The translations under genes and the position numbers were made by a program. Of a DNA stretch of 64,000 bases, positions 10,058 through 21,020 are shown piece by piece. The stretch is from Terriglobia bacterium (GTDB taxonomy: Bacteria > Acidobacteriota > Terriglobia > 20CM-2-55-15), in assembly GCA_963664115.2 (NCBI GenBank), contig CAXWPJ010000009.1, positions 1,056,001 through 1,120,000 on the forward strand. The letters run 5' to 3'. Every line of letters starts with the position of its first letter. Positions within the stretch are counted from its first letter, which is position 1. Under the pieces are notes generated by a model. The model was not told the origin of the DNA and searched no databases. It saw nothing but the letters and a program-made list of their open reading frames with translations.

Positions 10058-12274
10058 ATGAGATTAATAAGGAAAAGAAAAGGCGCCCTGAGCATTGTGT
10101 CGCTCGCGGTGATCGCGATCGTGGGTGTCTGGGCTGGTGCCGTTGGTGAGGCGGCCCGAGAGCTGGCCCCGGAGACATCTCGATTGGTTGCCATCCATGA
10201 GATCTCTGATTTAGAGGCCTGCGCGTGGGACCAGCCTGGGGCTGGCTATTCCGATCTGGGGCCGTCCTTGCAGCCCGTAAATCTCTTGGCCGCGCTGGGG
10301 CCGCGATCTGCCTTACCTCTGATGGGATCGGTCGCACAAACGCCGGCGGAAATGCAGCGGGGACGCAACAGAGAGCCGTTCGAGGCACAGAGGAACGGGA
10401 CTGCAACGCGTGTGCGCAGGATCGCGGATACCTATCCGACGTACACCGCCGTGGGTATTAATCTCCAGACCAATGAAGTCATCCTTCAGGATAACAATTT
10501 GTGGTCGACCCGAATCTTCAACCGCTTGGACAACACCCCGCCGGACGCCGATTTAACCGAAGCAAAGAAGGTTATTCAAGGCGAACAGACCCATATCCAG
10601 TTCAACAACGGCATCTACATCGATCCGGGGAATGGGGACATCTATTCGGTCGAATCGGACACGGGCGACAGGATGGTTGTGTTTGCTCACGACGCGAGAG
10701 GCAATGCCGCACCCAAGCGCATTCTGAACACGCCGCATCGTGTGTATAGCATTGCCGTCGACGAAGAGCGGGAAGAGCTGTACGTGACGGTGGAGTACCC
10801 GCCCGAGGTGGTTGTGTATCGCAAGGACGCCTCCGGTGACGAGCAGCCGCTTCGCCGAATCGTGGGTCAACGCACAAAGCTTGAGGGTCCCCACGGTATC
10901 GCCGTCGATGTCGAGAACCAACTCTTGTACGTCAATACCTGGGGCCAGGCGACCAATTTCAGGAATCCCGGTACGGGCCGGTTCAATCCACCGGCCATCA
11001 ACATCTATCCGCTTGACGCCAGCGGGGACACACCGCCGGTGCGAAGGATTCAAGGAGACCGGACCCAAATGAACTGGCCCGGGAATATGGCGTTGAACCC
11101 CGATAATGGGGATCTGTATGTGGCCAATGACGTGGAACACTCGATTCTCGTCTTCACGGGACTGGCTTACGTCCGGGGCAACGTACCGCCGACACGAGTC
11201 ATCAAGGGAGACCAGACGGCTCTGGTTTACCCGACGGGTGTGGCTATCGATAGGACGAATCAGGAGTTGTGGGTTTCCAATCTGGGCAACGCCTCGGCCA
11301 CGGCGTATCCGTTGATGGCTGAGGGAAACGTCGAGCCCCTGCGCACGATCCGCAGTGCGCCTCGGGAACATCAATCGTTGACTTTCGGCCGCACCGCGGC
11401 GGTGGCCTATGACCCCAACCGGCAAGAAATCCTGATACCGAACTGAGTGAACCACCCGCAGATTGCGGCTTTCGCCAGGCTGGCGGAAGAGAACGCGACG
11501 CCCACACGCAAATTGGAAGGTCAACTGACGCGGCTCGGTCGGACCATGCACGATCTGTCCTACGACGCGATTCACGACGAAATTGTTGTGAGCAGTCCTT
11601 TCGCCCAGGCGATCCTGACATTCCGGGGCGGGGCTGACGGAGAGGAAGCGCCCCTTCGCATCATCCAGGGACCGCGTACCCAGATCGTCAGTGAGCGCGG
11701 CCTCGATAAGGTCACCATTGATCCGATCAATGAGGAAATCTTCATCGCCACTAGCCTCGATCAGATTCTGGTATTTGAACGGGAAGCGAACGGGGACGTG
11801 GCTCCCATCCGGGTTCTGGGTGGGCCTGACACCCGATTCACCGGGCGCCCCACCGTCCGTGTCGATCCGGCCAATGATCTCTTGTTGGTTTCGGCTCCGG
11901 GGCGCGACGAGGGGCTGTTGATTTTTGATCGGACCGCGAGCGGCAATACCCCACCACGGGCCGTGATCCCGGGGCCTTCCGGCAATCAATTTGAGATCTA
12001 CAACGACTTGATCATTACCCACAGGGTGGACACTATTTACGCCTGGAGCATCCATGATACCGGCGAGGATGTTCTTCCGATCTGGAAAATCCCAGCGCCT
12101 CTGGGCGACCGAGCCGAGACAACCAACCAACGGGGCATAGCCCTGGATCCTCTGCACAAAGAGGTCATCATTGGAACGGCGGCCGGAAATCAGGTTATGG
12201 TATTTTCCGTTCCGGAATTGTTCGATGGACCTGGCCCTTCCTCGTTGAATACGGACACGGCCGAACTTCGCTGA
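10058..12274 (+). CDS. Secreted NHL-like beta-propeller protein, probable selenoprotein (in-frame UGA 11444-11446), 738 aa, paralog 2
   Basis: ORFs 10058-11446 and 11447-12274 are in frame; context EILIPN-TGA-VNHPQIAAFARLA; SECIS-like hairpin follows. Confidence 0.82.
11469..11489 (+). promoter_or_regulatory. Putative bacterial SECIS element (paralog 2)
   Basis: CTTTCGCCA-GGC-TGGCGGAAG at the same offset from the UGA as in paralog 1. Confidence 0.75.
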
Positions 12275-12565
12275 CCCTCCGGATTGGCGGCGCTTCCCGA
12301 AGGCGCCGCCAGACCTAGATTCCCGCCCTGTCCACCCACACCTATTTCGGCAGCTCCACGCTTCGGTTTCCGAGCCGATCTGCGGTCTGCCTCCGACGGA
12401 ATGACTATCATCGCGCCCCCCTGTCCACGCGGCAATCCATTGCAAATCGCGGAACCCGGAGGCACCCGTCGATCGGGGATTGTTTTCGATGGGGAACCCC
12501 GTTTCCCGGGTTTATAATCATCTCACTAGCCGTCCAGCGATTCAGGCACCACAGGAGCGCATAGC

Positions 12566-15007
12566 ATGGGCCTATTCCGACCGGTTTTAATTTGTCTTCT
12601 GCTTCCCGGGGGCGCGCTTGGACAATTGTTGACCGAGAATCCGCTCGACGCCGTAAAGAATCAGGTTGATGAGGTGCTCCGAGACGCAGGGGATCCATTT
12701 ACGGCAGAACAGGAGAGACGGATAACGCTTCTACTCGAAGATCAGCGTCGGGCGTCGGAAGAGTTGTTTGGCGAGATCATGGATTTCAGCAGCGGCGTGC
12801 CGGAGGGAGCCGACCAAGACCGAGCGATCGCCGCTATTCAATGGATTCATGATGCATTCAGGAGGCGGCTTTCCGAGTACTTGACCCCCTCTCAGAGAGC
12901 CGCCTGGGAAGCGTTCGAATCAAGCGGAGTCGCCATCGGTGCTGAGATCGAAGGGGCCGTCCCAGGCGCCGATACTGCTCGGATTCAGGAGATTCGGGTC
13001 ACGAATAATCCCTTCAGCGCGGAAAGCGACGTCACATTTGCGAGCAGATGGCCGGTCGAGACACTGCGAACCGAGATTATCGAACGCGGAGGGGCTGGCG
13101 CATTCCACGGCAACCTATCCATGGCATTTCAGGATGACGTTTTGAACGCCCGGAATCCGGCCGCCACCAACAAACCCTCCTATCGCGAAAGGACGATCAG
13201 CGGGAACATCAGCGGCCCGGTAATCCGAAACAGGCTCACGGCCACCCTGAGCCTGAGGGACAATCGGCGGGAGAACGTCGGTACGGTCAACGCGCTGACT
13301 CTGGACGGACCGTTTACTTTGGGTATCACCCGTCCGAACGTCAACAGATCTTACGCCGGGAGGGGGATTTTGCAGATCGGCGAATCGCAGTCGCTCCACT
13401 TCGGCGTCGAGTTCGGCCAGGGCAGCCGCGAGAATCTGGATATGGGGGACTTTACACTGCCCGAGCGGGGTTCCAATGCGGATAGCCATAGCACCGACTT
13501 GGACTTGCGGCATCTTTGGATCTTGTCGGAACGATCCGTTTACGAAACCCGTTTTTCGTGGCGGAAGGACCGCAGTGAAACCCGTCCAATTACGACGGGC
13601 GTGGCCATAAACGTCTTGGATGCGTTCAACGGCGGAGGCGGTCAGCTTCGTGAGGAGACCGATGGCGCGACATATGAGTTCGGAAACCTGCTCTACCGCA
13701 CCGGCGATCGACTGACGTTGAGGGTGGGAATGAACGGTATATACCGCACCGAGGTTTTGCTGCATGAGGCGAACTTTCTGGGCCTCTTTACTTTCTCGGA
13801 CCTGGAAAGTTTCCGGAACGGGCGGCCGCGACAATACGATGTCAACCGGGGTAACCCACTGCTTGAAATGGATCAGCTCGACCTGGGTTTCTTCGTCCAG
13901 AATGACTTTCAGCTTACGAGCCGATTCACGTTGATGTTCGGCACACGTTATCAGTGGCAGACGAACCTCAGCAACAAACATGATGTTGATCCGCGCCTGA
14001 ATTTCGCGTATGCGATCGGGAGTTCCACGGTCCTTCGAGGCGGGGCCGGGATATTTCACACCCGCTTCCCACTGGCCGGCTTTGAAGAGCTGGCTCGATT
14101 CGACGGCACGAGACAGTTTGGACTCCGAGTCTCCGAACCCGGATGGCCCGACCCTTTTCAGTCGGGCGATGCCGAGATCGTTCCGCCGCCCTCCCGTTAT
14201 GTCGCGACCGCGGACCTTACGACAGGGTATTTCATCACTCAGAACATCGCGATCGAGCAGAACCTACCGGGTAATCTTTTCTTGACCCTCAGCTACGACC
14301 GCTCGCGATCTATGGGCAACCGGCGGATTCGAAACATCAATACACCGCTTCCCGGCACCATTACCGAGGAAAGTCCGGACGGTATCAAGCCGTTCCCGAA
14401 CGAGGGCGACATCATCGAGCGGAGGTCGACCGGTGTGACCGTCTTCCAGAACGTCAGAATCCATGCCCGGCAGCGGTTCAGCGTCTTTAACGTTGTTGCC
14501 AACTACAGATTCAATTGGGGATATAGCGATGGGAGGGGCTCCTTTCCGGCCTCAGATGCCTATGATTTAGGGGCGGACTGGGGACGGTCGGAACAGTTTC
14601 CGGAACATGACTTTACGGCAGGTTTTAACTCCCGGCTACCGTTGGACGTGTACCTGACGACAACCGTCTCCGCCCGGTCAGGCGATATCTACACCATCAC
14701 GACCGGAACGGATGACAATCGAGACGGATTTTTCACGGACCGGCCTGTCGGCGAACCCTTCAACGGAGCAACCGGACCCAATTACTTCGCCCTCGGTTTC
14801 AACCTCTCGAAGGCGTTTCAGCTCGGCCAGGCCACGGGCATTGGAGCCACAGGCCCGCGACTGAGTATTTTCGCGAACGTGAACAATGCCTTTAACAGGA
14901 CGAATCTCCGCGCGCCCAGCGGCGTTATGACCTCCCGCAACTTTGGACGTTCGACGAGCGCGTACGCTCCCCGGGGAATCGAGGTAGGAATGCGATTCCA
15001 GTTCTAA
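12566..15007 (+). CDS. Atypical Oar-like TonB-dependent receptor barrel protein with a helical N-terminal domain
   Basis: NNPFSAE, GAFHG, LNARNP, GFFVQNDF, PRLNFAY...TVLRGGAGIF and TTGTDDNRDG..DRP motifs; ends MRFQF; no carboxypeptidase-like N-domain. Confidence 0.75.
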   Translation: MGLFRPVLICLLLPGGALGQLLTENPLDAVKNQVDEVLRDAGDPFTAEQERRITLLLEDQRRASEELFGEIMDFSSGVPEGADQDRAIAAIQWIHDAFRRRLSEYLTPSQRAAWEAFESSGVAIGAEIEGAVPGADTARIQEIRVTNNPFSAESDVTFASRWPVETLRTEIIERGGAGAFHGNLSMAFQDDVLNARNPAATNKPSYRERTISGNISGPVIRNRLTATLSLRDNRRENVGTVNALTLDGPFTLGITRPNVNRSYAGRGILQIGESQSLHFGVEFGQGSRENLDMGDFTLPERGSNADSHSTDLDLRHLWILSERSVYETRFSWRKDRSETRPITTGVAINVLDAFNGGGGQLREETDGATYEFGNLLYRTGDRLTLRVGMNGIYRTEVLLHEANFLGLFTFSDLESFRNGRPRQYDVNRGNPLLEMDQLDLGFFVQNDFQLTSRFTLMFGTRYQWQTNLSNKHDVDPRLNFAYAIGSSTVLRGGAGIFHTRFPLAGFEELARFDGTRQFGLRVSEPGWPDPFQSGDAEIVPPPSRYVATADLTTGYFITQNIAIEQNLPGNLFLTLSYDRSRSMGNRRIRNINTPLPGTITEESPDGIKPFPNEGDIIERRSTGVTVFQNVRIHARQRFSVFNVVANYRFNWGYSDGRGSFPASDAYDLGADWGRSEQFPEHDFTAGFNSRLPLDVYLTTTVSARSGDIYTITTGTDDNRDGFFTDRPVGEPFNGATGPNYFALGFNLSKAFQLGQATGIGATGPRLSIFANVNNAFNRTNLRAPSGVMTSRNFGRSTSAYAPRGIEVGMRFQF

Positions 15008-15230
15008 CGCCCTCCAGCTCGTCAGCCGCCACGATTGGCTTCGGGATCCGGACAATTTTCCGATTAAGAACACAGGTTTTCAGCGTAAAACCGGCTGCTG
15101 GGTCCCCGACAAAAAGTTGTGCGGTCCCCACCCCTGTTATAAGATCTCCACCAACTTCCCGAGTCCTAAAGCCTATAATCTGCCGGGCTAAGACACTGCG
15201 TGCTTGCACAAAGGAGTCTTGATGGGCCGC

Positions 15231-16799
15231 CTACCCGCTGTCCGCCGCCGCGCGTGTGAGATACCGCAGCAAGCCCTTGACGCCGACGAAAAATCCAATA
15301 CCGCTGAAGACAATACAACCCAGGCTGAGCAGGATGACACCGATATCCCAAAGCGGACGATTGTAGTACCAGAACGAAAAATCGAGACTGTGGAAACCCT
15401 TGTAGAGCCAGCGTACCGTTCGATCGAAGCGAGTGAACCTGCCTGTGACCTGACTCAGGCGGGGATCAATGTAGAACCACGTTCCGTCGGGATCGCCGAA
15501 CTTGACCCGAAGGACTGGCAAGGGCCGGGCGCCGTCTTGCGAGTAGTAGTAGGCGTCGTATTCAGTGAGCAACTCGGAATCGATAATCGGCACATCCGGA
15601 TTACCTTCGCTGACACGGCTCATCAGGGATTCGATAGCAAACGTCTCCTGCCGTATCGCGAGCGGGCTCTCAGCGATGTCGAAAAGATTTTCGAAGAGAT
15701 TCTCAGAAACGATGCCTGGATTTGCAGCGATCAGCAACGGGCGCTCTTCGATTCCGCGTATGAGGTAATACGGATCTCCCTGGATGTTTACGAACTCCAC
15801 CTCCTTCGCCAGGCGTCCCCCTAAAGCGTCGTTCCATTCATCGGGATCCACCCCCTGAAAGAAGGATCCAAGATCAGCGGTGCCCCCGCTCAACGATTGA
15901 GGGATTCCCTCGCCCGTACCTGGGCCCGGGGCCCTTCCCCATGGCTCCAGCGAAAGGATTCCGCTCAAAACCCAGGTCAACATGAAGATGCCGAAGAAGG
16001 AGCCCGCCATATGGTGCCAGCGCATCCTGCCCGAACGGGGAAGGTCTGTGCCGGCACGTATCCACCGAAACGGACTCCACCCCACGAAATGGATGATTCC
16101 CATCACGACGCCGATGAGGGCCAATATCGCGCAGAGGCCGGCTGTCGAGAGCACCACGGTTTTCCACGTTGGGCCATTGGGGCGTAGCGGCGCAAAGTAA
16201 AACCAATGGGGAATGGCCGAGATCCAGGCCAAAGCCCGCGTGCGGCGCGTGGTCGACACCACGACCTCAGCGATCTCGGCCGATACGTACAGCTCGGTGC
16301 CCGCATCGTCATCGACTCTGATTTTGTGCAAGGGCATCCGCCCGCGCCAGTCTATCGTCCACTGGTCGGGTGCATCAAGAACTCCGGCGTAACGCATCCG
16401 TTCTCGGGGCAGGTCCATAAAGCTGCCTGCGATCCGGATGGCACCTGCTCCCCCGACCTGGATCAGCCTCTCGCCGGTATCGGCGAACACCGTAACGGTC
16501 TCACGTCCAGTGAATCGATACGCGGGACGATCCATCACCGTCAGTAACGTTACCGAGGGGTTGATCAGTCCCAGGCCCGTTCCGTCAACGGCTTGTGACG
16601 GCGTAATCCGGACCCGGTTCATATCGAGCGCGGGCAAACGCTCGAGACGGGCTTCGGGACTCAAGCCCGGCATGTCGTGGGCGTACATCATCGCGATTCC
16701 CGAGACACCCCAGACCATGAACACCAGACTCAGCCCGATGCCGAGGCAGCGATAGATGGGAATCACCCACTTGCGAAACCACACCATAAAGTCACTCAC
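15231..16799 (-). CDS. PepSY-associated TM helix domain membrane protein
   Basis: WGVSGIAMMY, IPHWFYF, MRWHHMAG and RWLYKGFHSLDF motifs; several TM segments; lies downstream of a TonB receptor. Confidence 0.8.
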   Translation of the reverse strand: MSDFMVWFRKWVIPIYRCLGIGLSLVFMVWGVSGIAMMYAHDMPGLSPEARLERLPALDMNRVRITPSQAVDGTGLGLINPSVTLLTVMDRPAYRFTGRETVTVFADTGERLIQVGGAGAIRIAGSFMDLPRERMRYAGVLDAPDQWTIDWRGRMPLHKIRVDDDAGTELYVSAEIAEVVVSTTRRTRALAWISAIPHWFYFAPLRPNGPTWKTVVLSTAGLCAILALIGVVMGIIHFVGWSPFRWIRAGTDLPRSGRMRWHHMAGSFFGIFMLTWVLSGILSLEPWGRAPGPGTGEGIPQSLSGGTADLGSFFQGVDPDEWNDALGGRLAKEVEFVNIQGDPYYLIRGIEERPLLIAANPGIVSENLFENLFDIAESPLAIRQETFAIESLMSRVSEGNPDVPIIDSELLTEYDAYYYSQDGARPLPVLRVKFGDPDGTWFYIDPRLSQVTGRFTRFDRTVRWLYKGFHSLDFSFWYYNRPLWDIGVILLSLGCIVFSGIGFFVGVKGLLRYLTRAAADSG

Positions 16800-17074
16800 G
16801 AGGAAGATCGTATCTTAAAACATTTTGAATTCCTCATGAGATATTACGTGGAGAAGAGGCGGCCATGGCCGACCATGAACGAAACGGAAACCTACCCTGG
16901 GTTCCGCATTCCTGACACCTGGGTGAACCACGAATGGGGCGACGGCTCCACCTTGAGTCGGTAGATGATTGCACCCAGATCCACGTACAGACGCGCAACA
17001 GCGTGCACCCGATCACCGCAATCGATGGGTTTCAACGGATGGTTGTTGGATGGCGGGGACGAGCGTTCCCCCTC

Positions 17075-17112
17075 AAAAAAAAGCGGCCTTCCCCTTTCTC
17101 GAGGAAGGCCGC
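17075..17112 (-). terminator. Rho-independent terminator of the minus-strand receptor
   Basis: GCGGCCTTCC...GGAAGGCCGC stem followed by T8 on the minus strand. Confidence 0.75.
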
Positions 17113-17148
17113 AACTGTTACTTCAACTCCTTGATCGACAGATCGCGA

Positions 17149-20100
17149 TCAGAATTTGTACTTCAACGCGAACTGCAAGATCCGAGGATCCGCGGCCGAG
17201 GTGATCTGGCCAAAATCATTATCGTCGATAATATTCTCCGGGTTGCCCAGATTGACGTTGTTCGGCAAGTTAAAAGCCTCGGCTCGGATCTCGAGCGTCT
17301 GGTTCTCCCCGATGGCGAACGATCGAGTCAGTCCGACGTCGAGCGTAAAGATTCCCGGACCCCGGATGCTGTTGCGGCCAAGGTTCCCGTAGGTGCCACG
17401 CGCAGGTGTGGCGAAGGCGGCCGGGTTCAGCCACTGGTCGGCACTCTTGTTGGCCATGAAAACGTTGTCCATCAGTTGGTGCGCCCTCTGGTCGTCCTCA
17501 TCCGTATTCGCTCGGTCGCAATCGCAACCGACATCGAAAAAGTCGCCGGACAGGACCTTGAGAATGCCCGAGGCCCGCCAGCCGCCGGCCAGCACCCTCA
17601 GTGTGGAATTGGCGAACTGCGGCGTCTCGTACACCGTCGACATGTTGAACGCGTGCCGCCGGTCCAGAATGTTGTTGCCGCGGTTAGCCGTGCGCCGGCT
17701 GAGGTGCGGGCGCCCCGAACTGGTGGAATTGAAGCTGGTCTGATCGCCGATGCTGTGGGACCAGGTGTAGTTCATCCGGAGATTCATGCCCGCACTCTGC
17801 CGCTCGAGCGAGAGCCACATCGCGTTGTAGCTGCCCGTGCCCCCGTCGTCGAACTTATTGAGGGCGGCGAGCCCGGACTCTGGATTGGCGCGGGTCAGCT
17901 CCCGCACGCCGTCGATCTCCGGATTGGCCTCCCGGATGCCCAACAGGTGGATCGAGGTATTGCCGATGTAGTTCGCCGTCGCCATCCACTCGCGACCGAT
18001 CTGGCGCTGAAGACTGAGGTTCCATTGGTGAACGTAGGGCGACTTATAGTTCTCATCGAGGGTCATGAACAGCGCGTTTCGAGGGAAAACTAAGTCCGGG
18101 GTCGCAATGACAGGTATAGGGTTGCCTCCCGGATTCCTGATCCACGGGTCATCCAGTCCGCCGATGTACCGGTTCCACGTAATACGCGGGGTGAACGGCG
18201 TGAGGTTCCGCAGCCCGTTGAACTGGTATGTGTGCGGGTAGTCGTAGAAGACCCCATAGGCGGCGCGGATGCTCGTGCGGCCGTCGCCTGACACGTCCCA
18301 CGCCATGCCCACGCGGGGCGCAAAATGGCCCCACAGGTTGTTGCTGATCTGGGCATTGTCCGGCATTCCCTCATCGCCCGGGCCCGGTGGGCGGTCGCCG
18401 CCAGAGTACAGGTACCCCACCGGAGCGTTCACAAACACGGTGCTCTGGCGACCCTGGTCAAACCAGTCCCTCCGGAACCGCCCGGTGCGCTTGTCATTCC
18501 GCACCTGCGGCGTGAAGGGTTCCCAGCGGAGGCCGAGATTGAGCGTGAACTGATTATTCACCCTCCAGATGTCCTGCGCGTACAGCGATTGAAAGTCCTG
18601 CCGGGTATACCAGGTCGCGAGATCTTCCTGCCGGAAGCGGTCCACGTAACCGATCATGAAATCGGCCATCGACAGCCCGGTGCCCCGGGTTCGGAAGCGC
18701 CAATTGCCGGGGGAGGAGCTGCTGGACGAAATATACATGAGCTGGCGCATGTAAGATCCTCCGAACGCGAACTGGTGGTCGCCCTTCACCCAACCAATGT
18801 CGTTGGAGACTTCATAGCCGGTCGAGTTCGTGTACGACGGAGTGGCCTGCTGTGAGAACGTGTCGAACGCGCCTCGGACACTCGCCTCGGACATCGATGA
18901 TCATCATCTTCGGGTAAGGAGCCGCCGGAGAGGTGAAATCCTGGACCCCCACCTCCCCGGGCGTGAAAACGTCGAAGAACGATTTGGTGTTGGCTGTTCG
19001 AATCAGGGTCACCCGAAAAGAATTGATCAGATTGTTGTTGATCGACCACGTATCGCCGAACACGCCCGACTGGTATTTCCGGGCCCAATTCGGTTCATCC
19101 ACAGCTACGGGAATCGTCCCGTTGTAGTCGCTCGGACTCGTCAGCCTGTGAATCGAATAACGGAAAAACATCGAGTGGCTGTACTCACCTGAAAAGTCCG
19201 CGCGCGTTACCCACTGGTGCTCGTCTTCGTTTTCTCTTTCACTGAATTCGATTCTGCCGCACGGATCGGTTGTCTGCGGGAGCCGGGCGGCGATGTTTTT
19301 CGCCACCGGAGAGAGCAGCGCCGGGTCGATCTGGTTGTCAACGAAAGGGAAATCAGCCCTGATGTCTCTCCTGCCTCTCAAGGTGACCCCACGTCCCGCT
19401 CCCCGGCATTCGTCACCTGCGATCCGCCTGAAGTCACCGTTGAGCACCTCCGCGGTCGGAACGAAAGCGAAAGTGGTCGACGGCGCGGAACGCTTCATGG
19501 TCCGCTGATAGCCGGTGAAAAAGAACAGCCGGTCCCCGACAATCGGCCCCCCGAAGGTGCCGCCAAACTGGTTGCGCTTCAGCGAGTCGCGTTCGTTTGC
19601 GAACGTATTGCGGGCGTTGAATGCTTCGTTGCGCACGAATTCAAACGCGCTACCGTGAAACTGGTTTGTTCCCGACTTCGTCACTACGCTCACCAAGCCC
19701 GCCGAATGCTGGCCGTGCCGCGCGGGAATGGCACTGGTTTCGACTTTGAACTCCTGGAGTGCATCCGGAAACGGCAACGGCATGTTGAGGTTGTTGAACG
19801 GATCGTTGTGCGTTCCACCGTCCATCCGGTACGACAGGCCGTTATCCTGCCCACCACCGACCGAAACGGCGATGGTCGGATAGTTCCGGCTCGTGCCGCG
19901 GGTGGGTGAGGTGATAGCGGCCCCCGAAAGCGCGATCAGTTCGGTCGCATTACGTCCGTTGAGGGGAAGTTCCAGGACGCGCGCGTTGTCTAAGATCTGG
20001 CCAATGCCGGTGTTCCGGGTCTCCACCATTAGAGCGTCGGCCTGGACCTCGATGGTCTGGGCGAACTGTCCGACCTCCAGGACGACATTCGATGACAGGA

Positions 20101-20438
20101 CTGGCGCCCACCTGCAGCACGATTCCGGTTTGGAGAAAGGTACTGAAACCTGGAAGTGAAGCTTCCAGCGTATAGGGTCCCAGCGCGAGGTTCGGCAGGA
20201 TAAAGGATCCTGTTTCGTTCGAGACCGCCGTCCGAACCGTGCCCCTGTCAATGTTGGTTGTGGTGACTTCCACTCCGGGCAGCAAGGCCCCGGTCGGATC
20301 CGTAATCGTTCCGTTGATCTGGGCGGTCTCCTGGGCCCATGCTCCTGTCGACGTCAGTAGGACGATGAGAAGCCCTGCCAGCAGTCGGCACGCAACGATC
20401 CTACCGCCCCGTTCTTCGACTTTCTTAGCATTTTTCAT
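17149..20438 (-). pseudogene. Oar-like TonB-dependent receptor disrupted by two frameshifts
   Basis: Three overlapping ORFs join into a paralog of 5753-9151. There is an extra base at ~20090 (GTC ATC G AAT GTC) and a 13-nt duplication-insertion at 18870-18893. Confidence 0.8.
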
Positions 20439-20753
20439 AGCTGTCCTCCATTTCCATCATTAGCTACCGCCTGCTTTCTTCCTGGGCGGCTTCCGGATCT
20501 CGCGAAGCAGCCACGAGGGATCAAAGCGAAACCCTCAACCTTCAGGAAAGCACCAAACATCCCACCCGGTTCCGTGGTGGATCCATTCGTCCAGACAACA
20601 AATTTTCGGATTTCTGAGCGGACGATAACAATGCGGACCCGCTCTGTCAAGAGGGTACTGACTCATATGTCGAGACCACAAAATCTGTCAGGTTCTTGTA
20701 GCAAATGGCGTGTCTGGTCCTGAAAGAGCCGGGGTCTGGATAGAGGTTAGCGA

Positions 20754-20832
20754 ATGCCGGTGTATCCAGCCCGGAAACTGGAGCGGGCGATGAAGGTCAG
20801 AGAGGTGATTATACGAGCGATGAGCGGACAGA
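20754..20832 (+). mobile_element. Transposase N-terminal remnant (ISNCY/IS481-like)
   Basis: ERAMKVREVIIRAMSG resembles the start of HTH-containing acidobacterial transposases, then breaks off. Confidence 0.5.
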
Positions 20833-21020
20833 ACATCGACTATCGACCCGATGTCGGTTTTCTATTGACAGCCGGGCAACCGAAGTATAAACGTAACCGT
20901 GAAGCGTTCCGTCAAGGGGCCCGCATGGTTGATTTTCCACGAAGCGATTCGCTGCGGTTGCGACAAGATTGGCGTTTTTGCCGATCTGACTGCACCGCAG
21001 TTTTCTAAAGAGGGGACTTC

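Noticed and set aside
10553-12445. 630-aa antisense ORF (likewise 3401-4354, 13115-14059, 16969-18093 and 24813-26171)
   Set aside because: Shadow ORFs opposite well-supported GC-rich genes, with no recognisable motifs.
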